Shown here piece after piece: positions 45,135 through 55,330 of a DNA stretch of 64,000 nucleotides. Numbering within the stretch: the stretch's first letter is position 1; the number at the start of each line of letters is the position of its first letter. Source of the DNA: a virus (Duplodnaviria > Heunggongvirae > Uroviricota > Caudoviricetes); the IMG/VR virus record IMGVR_UViG_3300048590_001376. One strand, written 5' to 3'. The notes under the pieces were generated by a model. The model saw only the letters and a program-made list of their open reading frames with translations, did not search any database and was not told where the DNA came from. Made by a program: the position numbers and the translations under genes.

Positions 45135-45599
45135 TTATTCGTTTGCCTCCTTGCCATCGACGATCCTGTCTACGATGGTCAGTGTGCCGAAGTAATGGAC
45201 GTAGCCGCCGTCAAGCCATGGTTCACTCAGCTTGTCCGGCCGCTCATTGCGAAAGATGATCGCCCGGTCGCCGTCCCAGCCAGTTTCGCGAAGTCTGTTG
45301 ATCGCTTCGGGCACGCTGGAGTCAATGCCCCATCGCCCCGGACCCAGCGCCAGGTAGGTTGTCACAATCGTAACATCCCCTATGGTCTGGAACGTCAGTT
45401 CGTGCGGGTACAGCCTGCTCATGCCGGCTGGGTAGGTGACTTGCTGGACTTTCACGCCATCGAGCAGCTTTTCGCGTTCGATGTTGTAGTTCTCCGCTCG
45501 TTCCACGATCGCGTCCTGGAAGCCAAGAATGTAGGCTCCAGCCGCTGATGATGCGGCGACGGCCGCCCAAAGTAAGTGGATGCTGATGCTCTTTAACAT
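45135..45599 (-). CDS. Secreted protein with a signal peptide.
   Basis: 154 aa. N-terminus MLKSISIHLLWAAVAASSAAGAYILG. Confidence 0.45.
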   Translation of the reverse strand: MLKSISIHLLWAAVAASSAAGAYILGFQDAIVERAENYNIEREKLLDGVKVQQVTYPAGMSRLYPHELTFQTIGDVTIVTTYLALGPGRWGIDSSVPEAINRLRETGWDGDRAIIFRNERPDKLSEPWLDGGYVHYFGTLTIVDRIVDGKEANE

Positions 45600-45675
45600 G
45601 GTGCCTCCTCAGTGTTGGTTGGTGCCACTGCCGTCGGTGTCCCTACTTCGATCGTAATTGATAGTGCAGGAAATT

Positions 45676-45978
45676 CTATACCGGCATGGAAAACAAATCA
45701 CCCAGGGCAGTGTGCTCGTCGAACGCCTGGAGCACGCCAACTTCCTGCATCCGCTCGAACATGTCCCGGTGGACGGCCCACCATGTTTCGCGCTGATGCT
45801 TGGTGCTGGCGTTGGGATTGCGCACCAAAATGATCGGTGCGTGTTTGCGGGTGCGGCCCCACTTGGCTTCGATCCCGGCGAGGCGGAACGTGCTGACGCG
45901 GTACTGGAGTGAGGGTGCGACCATTGGGTTCCTTTCGGATGCAGAAACAAAAACTCCCGCCGCCCAGCGCGCCCACAA
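45676..45978 (-). CDS. Hypothetical protein; start uncertain.
   Basis: 100-aa ORF downstream of the SNF2 gene. Confidence 0.3.
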   Translation of the reverse strand: MWARWAAGVFVSASERNPMVAPSLQYRVSTFRLAGIEAKWGRTRKHAPIILVRNPNASTKHQRETWWAVHRDMFERMQEVGVLQAFDEHTALGDLFSMPV

Positions 45979-46020
45979 CTGACGCGCCAGGTCGACGGGA
46001 GCCCCTAGTGTTGGAATTGG

Positions 46021-48264
46021 TTAGTCAAACAAGAACTTCTCGCGGAACGTGATCTTCCGCTTGGGTGCCGCCGGCTTGGACTGCTCGACGACGGGTTGCG
46101 GCTGCGGCTGCTGCTTTCGCTGACGGCCAGCGGCTTTGTCAGGCTTGGCAGGCGGCAATGATGCGGCCACTGGTGCGGCTGGTGCCACTGCCGGCGGCTT
46201 GAAGTGAGCATTGCCTTGCACCTGACTGACTTTCGACCAGACGCGCTCGGCGTCCATGTCATCCATGCGGTTGACGAGCGAGCGAGCCAGAGCGATTTGC
46301 ATCGACTCGTCGTCTTCACCCGACATGGCCGCGAGCCCTTCGGACGAAAATTTACCCTCGATCGCTTCGGACGCCACGAGCTTGCGTCCCATGAGCGTCA
46401 TCGCGCGGGCCTGCATGGTGCCGGCATAGAACGAGTAGAACACCTTGCATGGCAGGTGCTGGCCAATCCGCCATGAACGGCGAGCGGCCTGCCGCAGCGT
46501 GAACAGGTCGTAGCCGGTTTCGTGAAAGAACAACGAGGGGAAGTTGTGTCGCCCTCGCTTGTCGAACAGATCGAGCCCAGTGCGGACCAGCCGGGGATGT
46601 GAAATGATCACGTCCAGCTTGGGCGCGTGCTCGTTAATCCAGTCCTCGCGAGCATCGGTGCTGACGGATGACCGCAGCACGCGAGCCTTGAGTTTGGCAT
46701 CCCGTAGGGCACGCTCCACGCGGCCAGCGACATCGTGCTTGTTGGTGCAAGTGACGTACACCCAGCACTGCCGGCCGGCGCCATGCTCGGCCAGGATCGT
46801 TTCGACCAGGGCTTGCTCTTTCGCACGGATGGACTCACCCAAGTCCGGCGGTTGGACCACCGGAATGAAGTGATTCTGGATACCCTTGGGCGTCTCGACC
46901 TTTTGCCAATAGCCCACTTCGTCCCAGCCATACGGCATGTCCGGGTAAGTCAGCAGGCAATCAAGCATGGCGGACAGCAGGCGACGATCATTGCGAGCGA
47001 TCATCTGCTTGACGACGATGCGCAACGCCTCTTCGGTTTCCTGGTAGGCTTCCGCGAGCTTGCGGTCCATCTTGATCGGCATCACGATTTCCTCGAACGT
47101 GGGCAAGTTGTCAGACAACTCGTCCAGCGAGAGGAATACGCACTTGTCGATCAGGTGGCGGCCGAACAGCGTAGGCATGATGCCAGGGATGGCCTTTTGG
47201 ATCGTGCGCTGCGAGCCCTTCGATCGCTTGTTGTCAGCGCTCGCGGCGTCGCTCGTGGTGACGACCTTTGTTTCCATCCGGCCGTAGCGGCGATTGAAGT
47301 CCGTCACGTTGCCCCAATGCAAACCCTCGGCGGTGAGGGATTGTGGAGCGATGCGCAGGATCAGCGTGCGCAGGTGCCACGCATAACCGCCGACGAGCGT
47401 ACCAGTCAGGCCGATCACCTTGCGGCAAGCGGCGGCCAGCGTGCCCATGGCGTTGGCGCGGGCAGATGTCGGCGAATTCTCTTCATGGATTTCGTCGACC
47501 ACCAGATAGTCGAAGAATCCCCGCAGGTGCTTTTTGATGTAGTCCGCTGGCGCCCATTTCTTCGTGACGCCATTGTAGGTCCACAGCGGCGAGCCACAGC
47601 CTGGACTTTCTTCGGTGCCGACACAGAAGAGGCGACGCTTGGCCAGCTCGCTCGGCGGAATCGGCGACCCCTTTTTGTTGAGGATAAACCGCCCGCAATT
47701 CGGGCACTGCGGGCAAGTCGACTTGTCAACCTTTGAATAGCCCTTACGGGTTTTCCAGATCGTGTACGCCGGCTCCCAGGCCGCGCCGTCTTTGGCGGTC
47801 GTCTCTTTGACGATCCAGTATTCAGGACCAGTCGGGCGCGAGCGACGATCGAGGCGAGTGAGCTGCCGGAACGACCGGAGCTGTACAACTTGAGCGCCGG
47901 GGACAGTTTCTTCGATCTCGCGCTGCCATTTTTGCGTGAGTTGGGGCGGGCAGAAGATTAACACGCGCTGCGGCTTGCCTTTGCCGTACAACTTGATGGC
48001 GGCGTGAATTGCGGCCATCGCCATGATGGTTTTGCCGGTGCCACACTCGGCGACCATAAGAATCGCCGGGCTGTGCTCCAGCGCCTTGGCTGCTGCGGTG
48101 GCGGCGTGCAACTGCGGATCAAATGGCTTGCGATCGAAATCGAGTTCAATCGGCTTGTCGCGGCCAGGAACGTGCAGCGGCGTAAGTGTTTTAATGGATG
48201 ATCGGCCGAGTAATGGGCCGTACTGGGTCAAATAAGAATCGAGCGAATCGATGTTCGCGAGCAT
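46021..48264 (-). CDS. SNF2-family DEAD/DEAH-box helicase.
   Basis: Motif I AECGTGKT, motif II DEIHE, a helicase C region, and a Pro/Ala/Gln-rich basic tail. Start at the ATG at 48262-48264, preceded by the start-associated motif. The 24-aa N-terminal extension in the ORF track is rejected. Confidence 0.7.
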   Translation of the reverse strand: MLANIDSLDSYLTQYGPLLGRSSIKTLTPLHVPGRDKPIELDFDRKPFDPQLHAATAAAKALEHSPAILMVAECGTGKTIMAMAAIHAAIKLYGKGKPQRVLIFCPPQLTQKWQREIEETVPGAQVVQLRSFRQLTRLDRRSRPTGPEYWIVKETTAKDGAAWEPAYTIWKTRKGYSKVDKSTCPQCPNCGRFILNKKGSPIPPSELAKRRLFCVGTEESPGCGSPLWTYNGVTKKWAPADYIKKHLRGFFDYLVVDEIHEENSPTSARANAMGTLAAACRKVIGLTGTLVGGYAWHLRTLILRIAPQSLTAEGLHWGNVTDFNRRYGRMETKVVTTSDAASADNKRSKGSQRTIQKAIPGIMPTLFGRHLIDKCVFLSLDELSDNLPTFEEIVMPIKMDRKLAEAYQETEEALRIVVKQMIARNDRRLLSAMLDCLLTYPDMPYGWDEVGYWQKVETPKGIQNHFIPVVQPPDLGESIRAKEQALVETILAEHGAGRQCWVYVTCTNKHDVAGRVERALRDAKLKARVLRSSVSTDAREDWINEHAPKLDVIISHPRLVRTGLDLFDKRGRHNFPSLFFHETGYDLFTLRQAARRSWRIGQHLPCKVFYSFYAGTMQARAMTLMGRKLVASEAIEGKFSSEGLAAMSGEDDESMQIALARSLVNRMDDMDAERVWSKVSQVQGNAHFKPPAVAPAAPVAASLPPAKPDKAAGRQRKQQPQPQPVVEQSKPAAPKRKITFREKFLFD

Positions 48265-48275
48265 TGAGTTGATCC

Positions 48276-48300
48276 TTGCACTAGGGTTTTCAGGAGTGAC
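48276..48300 (-). promoter_or_regulatory. Start-associated conserved motif (gene strand: TCCTGAAAACCCTAGTGCAAGGA-N8-ATG).
   Basis: Instance of the early-gene motif. Confidence 0.5.
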
Positions 48301-48308
48301 GCAATGTT

Positions 48309-49046
48309 TCAGGACACTAAACCTAAATGCCTCCAAGCCTTTCCATTCAATATCCTGTATATAGTTGATTTATTCACGCACAATTTATTAGCTATATCGA
48401 TAGCAGACCGCCTGCCAGACGTGATGTCGTTAAAGGCGGTTCTGACTTGCATTTCCGTGAGCTTGTGCATCGGCTGATCTTCGCCGACAGCTCGCTTATA
48501 GCTTTGTGTTCCATGAACATACATATCTGCTGAATTCTCGTTCCGTGTCCCCCATTGAATATTGTTGAGTCTGTTGTTTGATCGATCGCGATCTGGAAAG
48601 TGACGGCACACCATCCCTGGCGGTCGCGGTCCCACGAAAGTTTCTAACACTAGGTCGTGAACGTACCTCATCTCCGGTGGAGACTGCAATGAAACGGCAA
48701 GGTATCCACTAATAGGATTTTTGGCTGGGCGTCTCTTTTTCCATTCGCCACAGATCATCGACCAAATCGATCCGTCCGTTCCAGCAGCATAGTTTTCCCT
48801 TCCAGGGACTAACTTGTACCTCACTCCCGGCTTGCTAGGCGGAAGTGGCGATAGTAATTCTGGAAATAACCTCCTCCACATCGTGTTTACGTAGATGTTG
48901 ATACGGACTCCATTGCGGTAAAAGCCGATCGCACCACTACCTGGAATCTTGAGCTTCTTCCACGAGCCGGATACGTCGGACCAGATGGATCTATCTGACC
49001 CAATGGCGTACTGGCTGGCATTAGGAATTCTTCGACGCTCTATCAT
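48309..49046 (-). CDS. HNH homing endonuclease (two NUMOD-like motifs, HNH, HTH).
   Basis: GSDRSIWS and GTDGSIWS (NUMOD4-like), VCRHFPDRDRSNNRLNNIQWGT (HNH), and a C-terminal HTH (SAIDIANKLCVNKSTIYRIL). Confidence 0.55.
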   Translation of the reverse strand: MIERRRIPNASQYAIGSDRSIWSDVSGSWKKLKIPGSGAIGFYRNGVRINIYVNTMWRRLFPELLSPLPPSKPGVRYKLVPGRENYAAGTDGSIWSMICGEWKKRRPAKNPISGYLAVSLQSPPEMRYVHDLVLETFVGPRPPGMVCRHFPDRDRSNNRLNNIQWGTRNENSADMYVHGTQSYKRAVGEDQPMHKLTEMQVRTAFNDITSGRRSAIDIANKLCVNKSTIYRILNGKAWRHLGLVS

Positions 49047-49055
49047 GCGTGATCC

Positions 49056-49700
49056 TTATTCCACAATCTTAAGATGTCCTTCACGAACGCCGCGACTTAC
49101 TAAGTCGTCAAAATAGTCCGTCCCACCAACCACAACCACCGCGTTGCAGTTGAAGCACGACAGTTTCTCGATCGGACTGTTGCGGTAGCCGCGCTCATCG
49201 GCGAGCGCGGCTTGCATGATCCACGGCGTCCAGCTCCGCAGAACCGGCGTCGTGATATGCTCACTCCGCAAGAAATTCCAAAACGCCTGCTCGGTTAGGT
49301 CCGGGATCAGGCGTTTGTCTTTGGCGATGGCCAACATGTGCCATTGCCCTTCGGAGACGTAGTGCTTGTAGATGCGATAGCCGTTGTCATAGGGCTGGTA
49401 GTAGCCGTAGTAGATCGGGTCGCATCCAGTGAATCGCACCTGACCCACCTTGCTGTGCAGTAGGGCCGCCATCGCCTTGACGGACGTGGACGGCCCAACG
49501 GCTGACAGGATGGCCAGGTGCTCGCTGCGGTAGCCAGTCTTATCGATGGCCGCCGCGGCACAGCGAAGCGTGAAGTCCGAGCCCTTGGCGACCGTCTGGA
49601 CTGTTCCCAGCTTGCGTGGTGCCACTGCCGGCTCGCTACTCTTCGCTGTCGCTTCCCTGCTCATGGTCGTTTTCCTCGCTAGATTGCTCATCGGCTTCAT
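49056..49700 (-). CDS. Hypothetical protein.
   Basis: 214-aa ORF. Its start overlaps the methyltransferase gene end by about 65 nt, so the start is uncertain. Confidence 0.4.
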   Translation of the reverse strand: MKPMSNLARKTTMSREATAKSSEPAVAPRKLGTVQTVAKGSDFTLRCAAAAIDKTGYRSEHLAILSAVGPSTSVKAMAALLHSKVGQVRFTGCDPIYYGYYQPYDNGYRIYKHYVSEGQWHMLAIAKDKRLIPDLTEQAFWNFLRSEHITTPVLRSWTPWIMQAALADERGYRNSPIEKLSCFNCNAVVVVGGTDYFDDLVSRGVREGHLKIVE

Positions 49701-50697
49701 CCTGGAAGGTCATAATGTTGCCAAGGTGATCCAGGGCGCGAACCACCAGACTGATTTTTTCCGAATACACTTGGGTCGTTTGCACGGCCCCGTCCTCTTT
49801 TTCCTCTTCATCGCGGGACACCAGATAGGTGATCTTTTTGGCGGTCCCGCGAACAACGTGTGGCGGCTCGTCTGGCGGCGACACGATGCCATCCAGGTGC
49901 CCAGCGGTAAGCAATAGGGCTCGATGCCCCTTGCCTAACGACATGGGCGGCCGAGCGATGCCGCGATCGACTTGCGGTTGCAAGTGCTGATTGAGCGGCG
50001 AACGATCGACCATTTCCCAGGCTTCTTCGTCGGTCAGCATCGACTTGCGGAAGGTCGTGGGGCCTGGAGTCGCCGGAATGGCGTACAGTCCAGGGGAATC
50101 GCTCGCCTCAGTCGACCACTTGCGAAGCCATGAGGCTTCTGCTTTTTCGCGCTTCACGCCAAAGATGACCACTTCCTTGTACTGCCGGTGAGCAGCCAGG
50201 TAGGGCATCCAGGCGATCTGCCTGTATCGCCCCAGAAGCGTGTCGCAGATGTCCGATCGAGTCATCACGTCGGCCGGACAGGCGAGGCACATCACCCCGC
50301 CTGGCGCCAGTAGATCGGTGCAGCGGCGAAGGAATTGACCCTCGACGCGAACACCCCCGCCCAGCTCAAAGTCATAAGGCGGGTTGCACCAGATGAACCC
50401 GAACCGGCTGTGCGGGCTGACTGACACCGAGTTGAAGTCGGAGTAAAGAACCGTCGCCCCTTCGAGCAAGGCGGCGGCCTCGCGCGATCGGGTGCGGTCC
50501 AACTCCACGGCATAGACCATCTCCGGCGGAACATGCAAGGCGTCGGCGAACTGCTTGGCGGCAGCACCAGCGCCACAGCATGGGTCCAGGAAAGCAAAAC
50601 GGCCGCCAGTTGGCGGCCGAAGATGCTTGACGATGGAAGCGACGACTGGGGGCGGAACCGGGAAAAAACCACCGCGCTTTTGGCCTTCGAGCCTCAT
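49636..50697 (-). CDS. N6-adenine DNA methyltransferase-like protein.
   Basis: Motif I FLDPCCGAG, motif IV WCNPPYD (NPPY), and an acidic C-terminal tail. Confidence 0.55.
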   Translation of the reverse strand: MRLEGQKRGGFFPVPPPVVASIVKHLRPPTGGRFAFLDPCCGAGAAAKQFADALHVPPEMVYAVELDRTRSREAAALLEGATVLYSDFNSVSVSPHSRFGFIWCNPPYDFELGGGVRVEGQFLRRCTDLLAPGGVMCLACPADVMTRSDICDTLLGRYRQIAWMPYLAAHRQYKEVVIFGVKREKAEASWLRKWSTEASDSPGLYAIPATPGPTTFRKSMLTDEEAWEMVDRSPLNQHLQPQVDRGIARPPMSLGKGHRALLLTAGHLDGIVSPPDEPPHVVRGTAKKITYLVSRDEEEKEDGAVQTTQVYSEKISLVVRALDHLGNIMTFQDEADEQSSEENDHEQGSDSEE

Positions 50698-51194
50698 CTT
50701 AAGGATTCCTTTCTGTTGCTGATCTGAATGAACTCAATGTTTGGACCCATGTAAGTTGCGATGCTGCCGTAAATTAAAACAGGCATGTCCAACTTATGCT
50801 CGCGGGCTTCGGCGATGATGTCTCGGAACGTCTCACGATCCAGGATACCGGGTCCAGATGTATTGAAAATCAAGAAGTGACCAACATTTTTGGCTACGGC
50901 AAAAAGATGTCGACCGTCAACACGAGTAATGCGCTTGGCGACCTTTTCATCCGGCCAGCACTGAACGAATTCGGCGTCAGCTCGCCGCTGCCACGCTTCT
51001 CGATCATTGATCCAATTGCGTGTTTCTGGCGTTAGGCAGTAGGCAGGAACAAGAACTTCAGAATGCGGGTTGCGAAATATGGCGTATCTAGCATTCAGTG
51101 GCCCTGTCGGTCCCGTCCAGCCGGAGAATTGACCACGAGTCCACTTCACCTTGCCAGTTACAAAATCCTTGTAGGTGTGCTTCGTAGCCTTCAT
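50694..51194 (-). CDS. Hypothetical protein.
   Basis: 166 aa with an ATGA overlap with the methyltransferase gene. Confidence 0.4.
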   Translation of the reverse strand: MKATKHTYKDFVTGKVKWTRGQFSGWTGPTGPLNARYAIFRNPHSEVLVPAYCLTPETRNWINDREAWQRRADAEFVQCWPDEKVAKRITRVDGRHLFAVAKNVGHFLIFNTSGPGILDRETFRDIIAEAREHKLDMPVLIYGSIATYMGPNIEFIQISNRKESLR

Positions 51195-51470
51195 TCATAC
51201 ACCGCCTTTCTTATGCCCGAATAAATGCCACACAAACGGCGTCTGCTGGAACGTGGCAATGAATTCCAGCGTCGCCAACTGGGCTTCGTCGATCTCATGC
51301 CCGGTGCCGAAGATATGAAACACGCGGCTAACTCGCTGTGCCTTTGGATCGACCAGAGCCCAGAGACATGGCTGACCATCCTGGCATTCGACATGTAGGA
51401 TGCGAGCATTGGCCGGCATTTCGATCACGACGGCATTGTTGATTGGGAATGTAAACTTCCAGATCGTCAT
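51195..51470 (-). CDS. Conserved phage small protein.
   Basis: 91 aa (MTIWKFTFPINNAVVIEMPANARILHVECQDGQPCLWALVDP...). Recurring phage hypothetical family, recalled from memory. Confidence 0.4.
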   Translation of the reverse strand: MTIWKFTFPINNAVVIEMPANARILHVECQDGQPCLWALVDPKAQRVSRVFHIFGTGHEIDEAQLATLEFIATFQQTPFVWHLFGHKKGGV

Positions 51471-51484
51471 TGTTACTGCCTCTC

Positions 51485-51715
51485 TTAAATGTAAGCCCCG
51501 ATGAACCGCTTCACTTCTGCGGACGGCTCTGGGGTGATGTCATAATGGAAACCACGGACGCCATAGCTCGGATGCGTCTCGCCGACTGGAATGTCGGCAT
51601 CGCACGTCGCGATACATCCGACGCACAATCCGTAGCCAGCGTCGCGATTCCACCACTGCCTGCCGATCGCCTCGTCACCACAGCAGCAGCACGTTAGTCG
51701 CTTGGGTCGTGTCAT
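51485..51715 (-). CDS. Small Cys-rich protein.
   Basis: 76 aa from the internal ATG at 51713-51715 (CCCCGDE...CVGC...C). The N-terminal extension in the ORF track is rejected. Confidence 0.35.
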   Translation of the reverse strand: MTRPKRLTCCCCGDEAIGRQWWNRDAGYGLCVGCIATCDADIPVGETHPSYGVRGFHYDITPEPSAEVKRFIGAYI

Positions 51716-51912
51716 CACTCGCCAGCCTTCCAATTCAGGTCGCGAATATGGCCGATAACCACAACGCATGGCAGGCCAATTACAAGGCCATGCGTCGTGC
51801 CGCAGTACGTTGGTCCGAATGACACGAACCAACGCCACCATGCCAGCGGACGGCGCTCGAATGAGAGCCAGCAGCGGGTGGTGGATATGTCGCCGAAGCT
51901 GATGTACTTCAC
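51715..51912 (-). CDS. Small Trp-rich hypothetical protein.
   Basis: 65 aa with start-stop overlaps on both sides (ATGA and TGATG). Confidence 0.3.
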   Translation of the reverse strand: MKYISFGDISTTRCWLSFERRPLAWWRWFVSFGPTYCGTTHGLVIGLPCVVVIGHIRDLNWKAGE

Positions 51913-52286
51913 GATGCACCGCTTTCCAGGATGGTAAGCTTGCTAGCCACGCGGCGAGCGGCATTAAGCGCTCGATGCAAGGTAGCCTGCTCACCTATGT
52001 TGTTGCTGATGTAATACGACACGTCGCTGTCGGCCAGCAGGTCGTGACACTGCCGAAGCGCCTCACGCAACTCGCCAATCATGTCTGCCTCAGCGCACTC
52101 TGTTGCTCGCTCGCCAAAGTGCTTGACGTAGCTGTTCCATGCGGCCACGACGAGACGGCCATCGTTGTCGCCGGTGAGCCCCACGACGCCGCTCTTGTCG
52201 TGGTCCGTGCGAATGAATCGAACGTCGGCGTTCCATTGCTGGCGTTCTGCCAAGTAAAGCTTGCCGCGTGTGAATTCCTGGCTCAT
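51909..52286 (-). CDS. Hypothetical protein.
   Basis: 125-aa ORF. Confidence 0.4.
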   Translation of the reverse strand: MSQEFTRGKLYLAERQQWNADVRFIRTDHDKSGVVGLTGDNDGRLVVAAWNSYVKHFGERATECAEADMIGELREALRQCHDLLADSDVSYYISNNIGEQATLHRALNAARRVASKLTILESGAS

Positions 52287-52516
52287 GTCAATCTCCGAAT
52301 TTGAATCAGTTCCAGTTCATGGTCCCATAGCCACTGGTCCTGGCCCTGGTAGCCCGGCGGATTGCGGCCATGCACGATGACGTTTTCCAAGTCGACTTCG
52401 CGAACCAGCGTCGCGCGTCGCCCCTGGCGGTCGGGCAGCTTGTTACGCACGACGCGGCCGATGAAGCCGGTGGTTTCGTGACGCACAAGCTGCCCACGGC
52501 GTAGTGCTCGGATCAT
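52283..52516 (-). CDS. Hypothetical small protein.
   Basis: 77 aa with a 4-nt overlap on both sides. Confidence 0.4.
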   Translation of the reverse strand: MIRALRRGQLVRHETTGFIGRVVRNKLPDRQGRRATLVREVDLENVIVHGRNPPGYQGQDQWLWDHELELIQIRRLT

Positions 52517-53577
52517 TTGCGGCCTTTGCCTTTCGGTTGGAGCAGTGCCGCGGCGGCCTCGGCCTGGTTGTCGACTGCCACGGCATGCGGGGTCATGCCA
52601 TCGGTATCCTTGATCTGCTTGGCTCCGTGCTCCAGCAGCAGTTGGATGTTGTCGACGGCGTTGAAGTAGGCGGCGTAATGCAACGCGGTCCAGGGGTCAT
52701 CTTCGGCCCGTAGATTCACGTCTGCGTCGGCGTTGAGCAGTTCGCTCAAGATCAGCAGATGCTCCGGCTTCTTGTAGCAGCACACCTTGCAGATGGCCTG
52801 GAAGCCTTCGTGCTCGCAGTTGGGCGACAATCCACGAGCGAGCAAATCCTGAACGCGGTTCACGTCGCCGCGGTGAATGGCGGCAAACAGGGCCTTCGGA
52901 GTCGGCGTATCGTCGCGCGGCTTGCGAGGCGCGTTACTTCGCTTTCCTGACGACTTGAATTCGCTCGACTGGATGCCGGTGCCATTGGCCCACGAGGCAA
53001 CGGCGTCGCGAATCGTGTTGCCTGCATCCTCTTCCGGCACGAGCGTTGACAGGGCGCCAACGATTGCAGTGTCGCCATGCGGCAGCACAAAGCCGAGCGT
53101 GCCCCGCGAGATGCCGATACCATTGTCTGGCTGGATGTCGAGCAGCAGGGCAATTTCTGGCAGCTCGGCTTGCTTGGCATATTCGAGCAGCTTGCCGAGC
53201 GTTTCCGTCGAGAGGACTGTCACGGAGTTGTAAGTGACGGACTCGATGACCTTAGCGACCGGCGGGAGCTTGCCGGGGTCTTTTAGGGCGATCACTTTTT
53301 CGAGAGCCAGCGATTTAGTTGCTCGCTTTGCCGTCAATTGCTCCAGGTGGCAAGCCTCGAAAACCTTGTCGGGCTCATTGGCTGCATTGTCAACCGACAC
53401 GGCGATCGCGATCCGGCTATCGGTGGCCAGTAGTCGCTGGCTCTTGCTGTCGAACATCGCGACGTGCAGTGCGTATCGCCCTGGTTCGCCGCAGATCGGG
53501 GCTACGTTGTGAATGCGGGTTAGGGTTGGCATGGTTGATTGCTCCAAAAGAAAACCGCCGGGCGCGACTGATGCCAC
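52513..53577 (-). CDS. Ankyrin-repeat protein with an unassigned N-terminal domain.
   Basis: C-terminal ankyrin repeats (DPWTALHYAAYFNAVDNIQLLLEHGA; GDVNRVQDLLARGLSPN). Confidence 0.5.
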   Translation of the reverse strand: MASVAPGGFLLEQSTMPTLTRIHNVAPICGEPGRYALHVAMFDSKSQRLLATDSRIAIAVSVDNAANEPDKVFEACHLEQLTAKRATKSLALEKVIALKDPGKLPPVAKVIESVTYNSVTVLSTETLGKLLEYAKQAELPEIALLLDIQPDNGIGISRGTLGFVLPHGDTAIVGALSTLVPEEDAGNTIRDAVASWANGTGIQSSEFKSSGKRSNAPRKPRDDTPTPKALFAAIHRGDVNRVQDLLARGLSPNCEHEGFQAICKVCCYKKPEHLLILSELLNADADVNLRAEDDPWTALHYAAYFNAVDNIQLLLEHGAKQIKDTDGMTPHAVAVDNQAEAAAALLQPKGKGRK

Positions 53578-53606
53578 GCCCGGCGGCGGTGATGGGAAGA
53601 TGGTTA

Positions 53607-54161
53607 TTAAATGCTAGCGGCAGCGACCGGCAGCTTAAAACTGCGCTCAAATCGCAGGCCGAGGCGATTCGCTTCCGCTTGCGATCGCTCCAGTTCGGAC
53701 TTGATTGCGGTAAGCGACTCCTGCTCTTGAGTCAGTTCCTTTTCGAGCGATTCAACCTTGCTTTCCCGCATGCGGACCTGACCCTCGATTTGAAAGACGC
53801 GGCCACGAGCAAATGCGAGCGGATGAACGGCCAGCAGAACCGCCTTGGCGATGTCCCTGACTGTCTTGCGAGCGACATCAGTCGGGTTGTCGTCGCATCC
53901 ACCCGGCTTGTATTGCGTCCGACGTGTGTAGTCACGAGCACGGAAGAATTTTCCATCGCTGTGGCGAATCGCGTCGTGATAATGATTGCGATCGACCTTT
54001 TCTAAGTCGACGTTACCACGATACTCGACGCCGTTAATCGTGAGCGAATCGAACCTCATGTAAACCTGTTCTTCGGACCTTACGTCGTACTCAACTTCGC
54101 CGTACTTCGTCTTAACGGTGCCCTCGCGATCTTTCAGGACGCTGGGGGTGATAACGATCAT
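53607..54161 (-). CDS. Hypothetical protein with a C-terminal coiled coil.
   Basis: 184-aa ORF. Confidence 0.4.
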   Translation of the reverse strand: MIVITPSVLKDREGTVKTKYGEVEYDVRSEEQVYMRFDSLTINGVEYRGNVDLEKVDRNHYHDAIRHSDGKFFRARDYTRRTQYKPGGCDDNPTDVARKTVRDIAKAVLLAVHPLAFARGRVFQIEGQVRMRESKVESLEKELTQEQESLTAIKSELERSQAEANRLGLRFERSFKLPVAAASI

Positions 54162-54225
54162 GGTTATGCTCCAGAACTAAGGTTTAATGAAAAGCAATCT
54201 GCCCAACAGTCAGCCGCCCGGTAGA

Positions 54226-54801
54226 TCAGGCGTACCACGAGCAATAATGAGCCTCGTTGTCGCCAGTCGGTGTGGCGTAGCCGTGACTCATGCGGATGCC
54301 GCCCTCGCCAATCGTCTTTCGCATCGGCGGGCCAATAAACTTGTCACGAGCCGGCATGCGACGATCGGCCATGCCGTTGTAGTCACCTTGGCTTCCAGGA
54401 ACGGTGCGGCTGCCGATCTCCCGCATGGTGATCGTGCAGCCCTTTTTCTCGGTGACTTGATAGAAGTCGCAGTTTGTTTGCTCGTAGCCCCACGAGCAAT
54501 GCAATAGTGTGCCGACGTTGATAATCTCGACCATCTTAGCGATGTCGGCGGCGCGGCGACCCTTGCGAGCAGACTTGTGAGTCTCGCGAGAATCAGCCGA
54601 CCCCTTTTCCTTGCGTATGAAGGCGGCGGCCTTTTCAGCGTTGTCGAAGTAGTAATGAGCAGTCGGCTTTCGAGCCCGGCCCACCCACAACTTGACGCCG
54701 ACTCTGCCAGTGGCAGAGTACGAGTAAGTGACCCAGCGAATGTCTTTGTAGGACTCGGCGTCAGCCGGCGGCAGGTCGGTAAGGAAGGAACGTCGTGCCA
54801 T
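54226..54801 (-). CDS. Hypothetical protein.
   Basis: Start at the ATG at 54799-54801, with GGAG 9 nt upstream inside the start-associated motif. The ORF-track start at 54816 is a GTG codon. Confidence 0.45.
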   Translation of the reverse strand: MARRSFLTDLPPADAESYKDIRWVTYSYSATGRVGVKLWVGRARKPTAHYYFDNAEKAAAFIRKEKGSADSRETHKSARKGRRAADIAKMVEIINVGTLLHCSWGYEQTNCDFYQVTEKKGCTITMREIGSRTVPGSQGDYNGMADRRMPARDKFIGPPMRKTIGEGGIRMSHGYATPTGDNEAHYCSWYA

Positions 54802-54810
54802 GATGAAATT

Positions 54811-54833
54811 CTCCACTAGGGTTTAAGGAAACG
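54811..54833 (-). promoter_or_regulatory. Start-associated conserved motif (gene strand: GTTTCCTTAAACCCTAGTGGAG-N9-ATG).
   Basis: Instance of the early-gene motif. Confidence 0.5.
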
Positions 54834-54858
54834 TGAATGCCGCCAGGCGGCAGCTGGT

Positions 54859-55158
54859 CTACTCCATTTCGATCACACAGGCGTTGGATGTTATGGGTTC
54901 GTCCATGTCATCGTCGATGCCGTGCTCGTTAAAATCTTCCTTGTCGGCATCTTCCTCGAAATGCCGAGCATTAGTTGCCCGTAGGTATCGATCGCCATAA
55001 TTAACGACGACCTTGGCCTTTGGGTGCATACGTTTCAGGTAAAGCAATAAATCTTCGACCAACATGACTTGCTCTCCAGCTTTTGAAGTTGGCTGCCCGG
55101 TGCCACAGCGGCTACTCGGCGATGCGAACGAAGTGCGGAATGCCATCCGCGTCGTCAA
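54859..55158 (-). CDS. Hypothetical acidic protein.
   Basis: 99-aa ORF. Confidence 0.4.
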   Translation of the reverse strand: MTTRMAFRTSFASPSSRCGTGQPTSKAGEQVMLVEDLLLYLKRMHPKAKVVVNYGDRYLRATNARHFEEDADKEDFNEHGIDDDMDEPITSNACVIEME

Positions 55159-55330
55159 CTAGAACGTGAACGGCTTGCGGCTTCATGCGAAACCTCTCGT
55201 AAACTGCCCGATCGGCGTCCGGCCGTCGCATGGCAATCTGCATGAGGCGCTGAGCCTCGTCGAAGTCGCCAGCGTTGCGGGCCTTGAAAGATGCTTCGAG
55301 TAAATCAGCCGTGGTTGCTTCGTTATCCAT
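55112..55330 (-). CDS. Hypothetical small protein.
   Basis: 72-aa ORF overlapping its neighbours; start uncertain. Confidence 0.3.
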   Translation of the reverse strand: MDNEATTADLLEASFKARNAGDFDEAQRLMQIAMRRPDADRAVYERFRMKPQAVHVLVDDADGIPHFVRIAE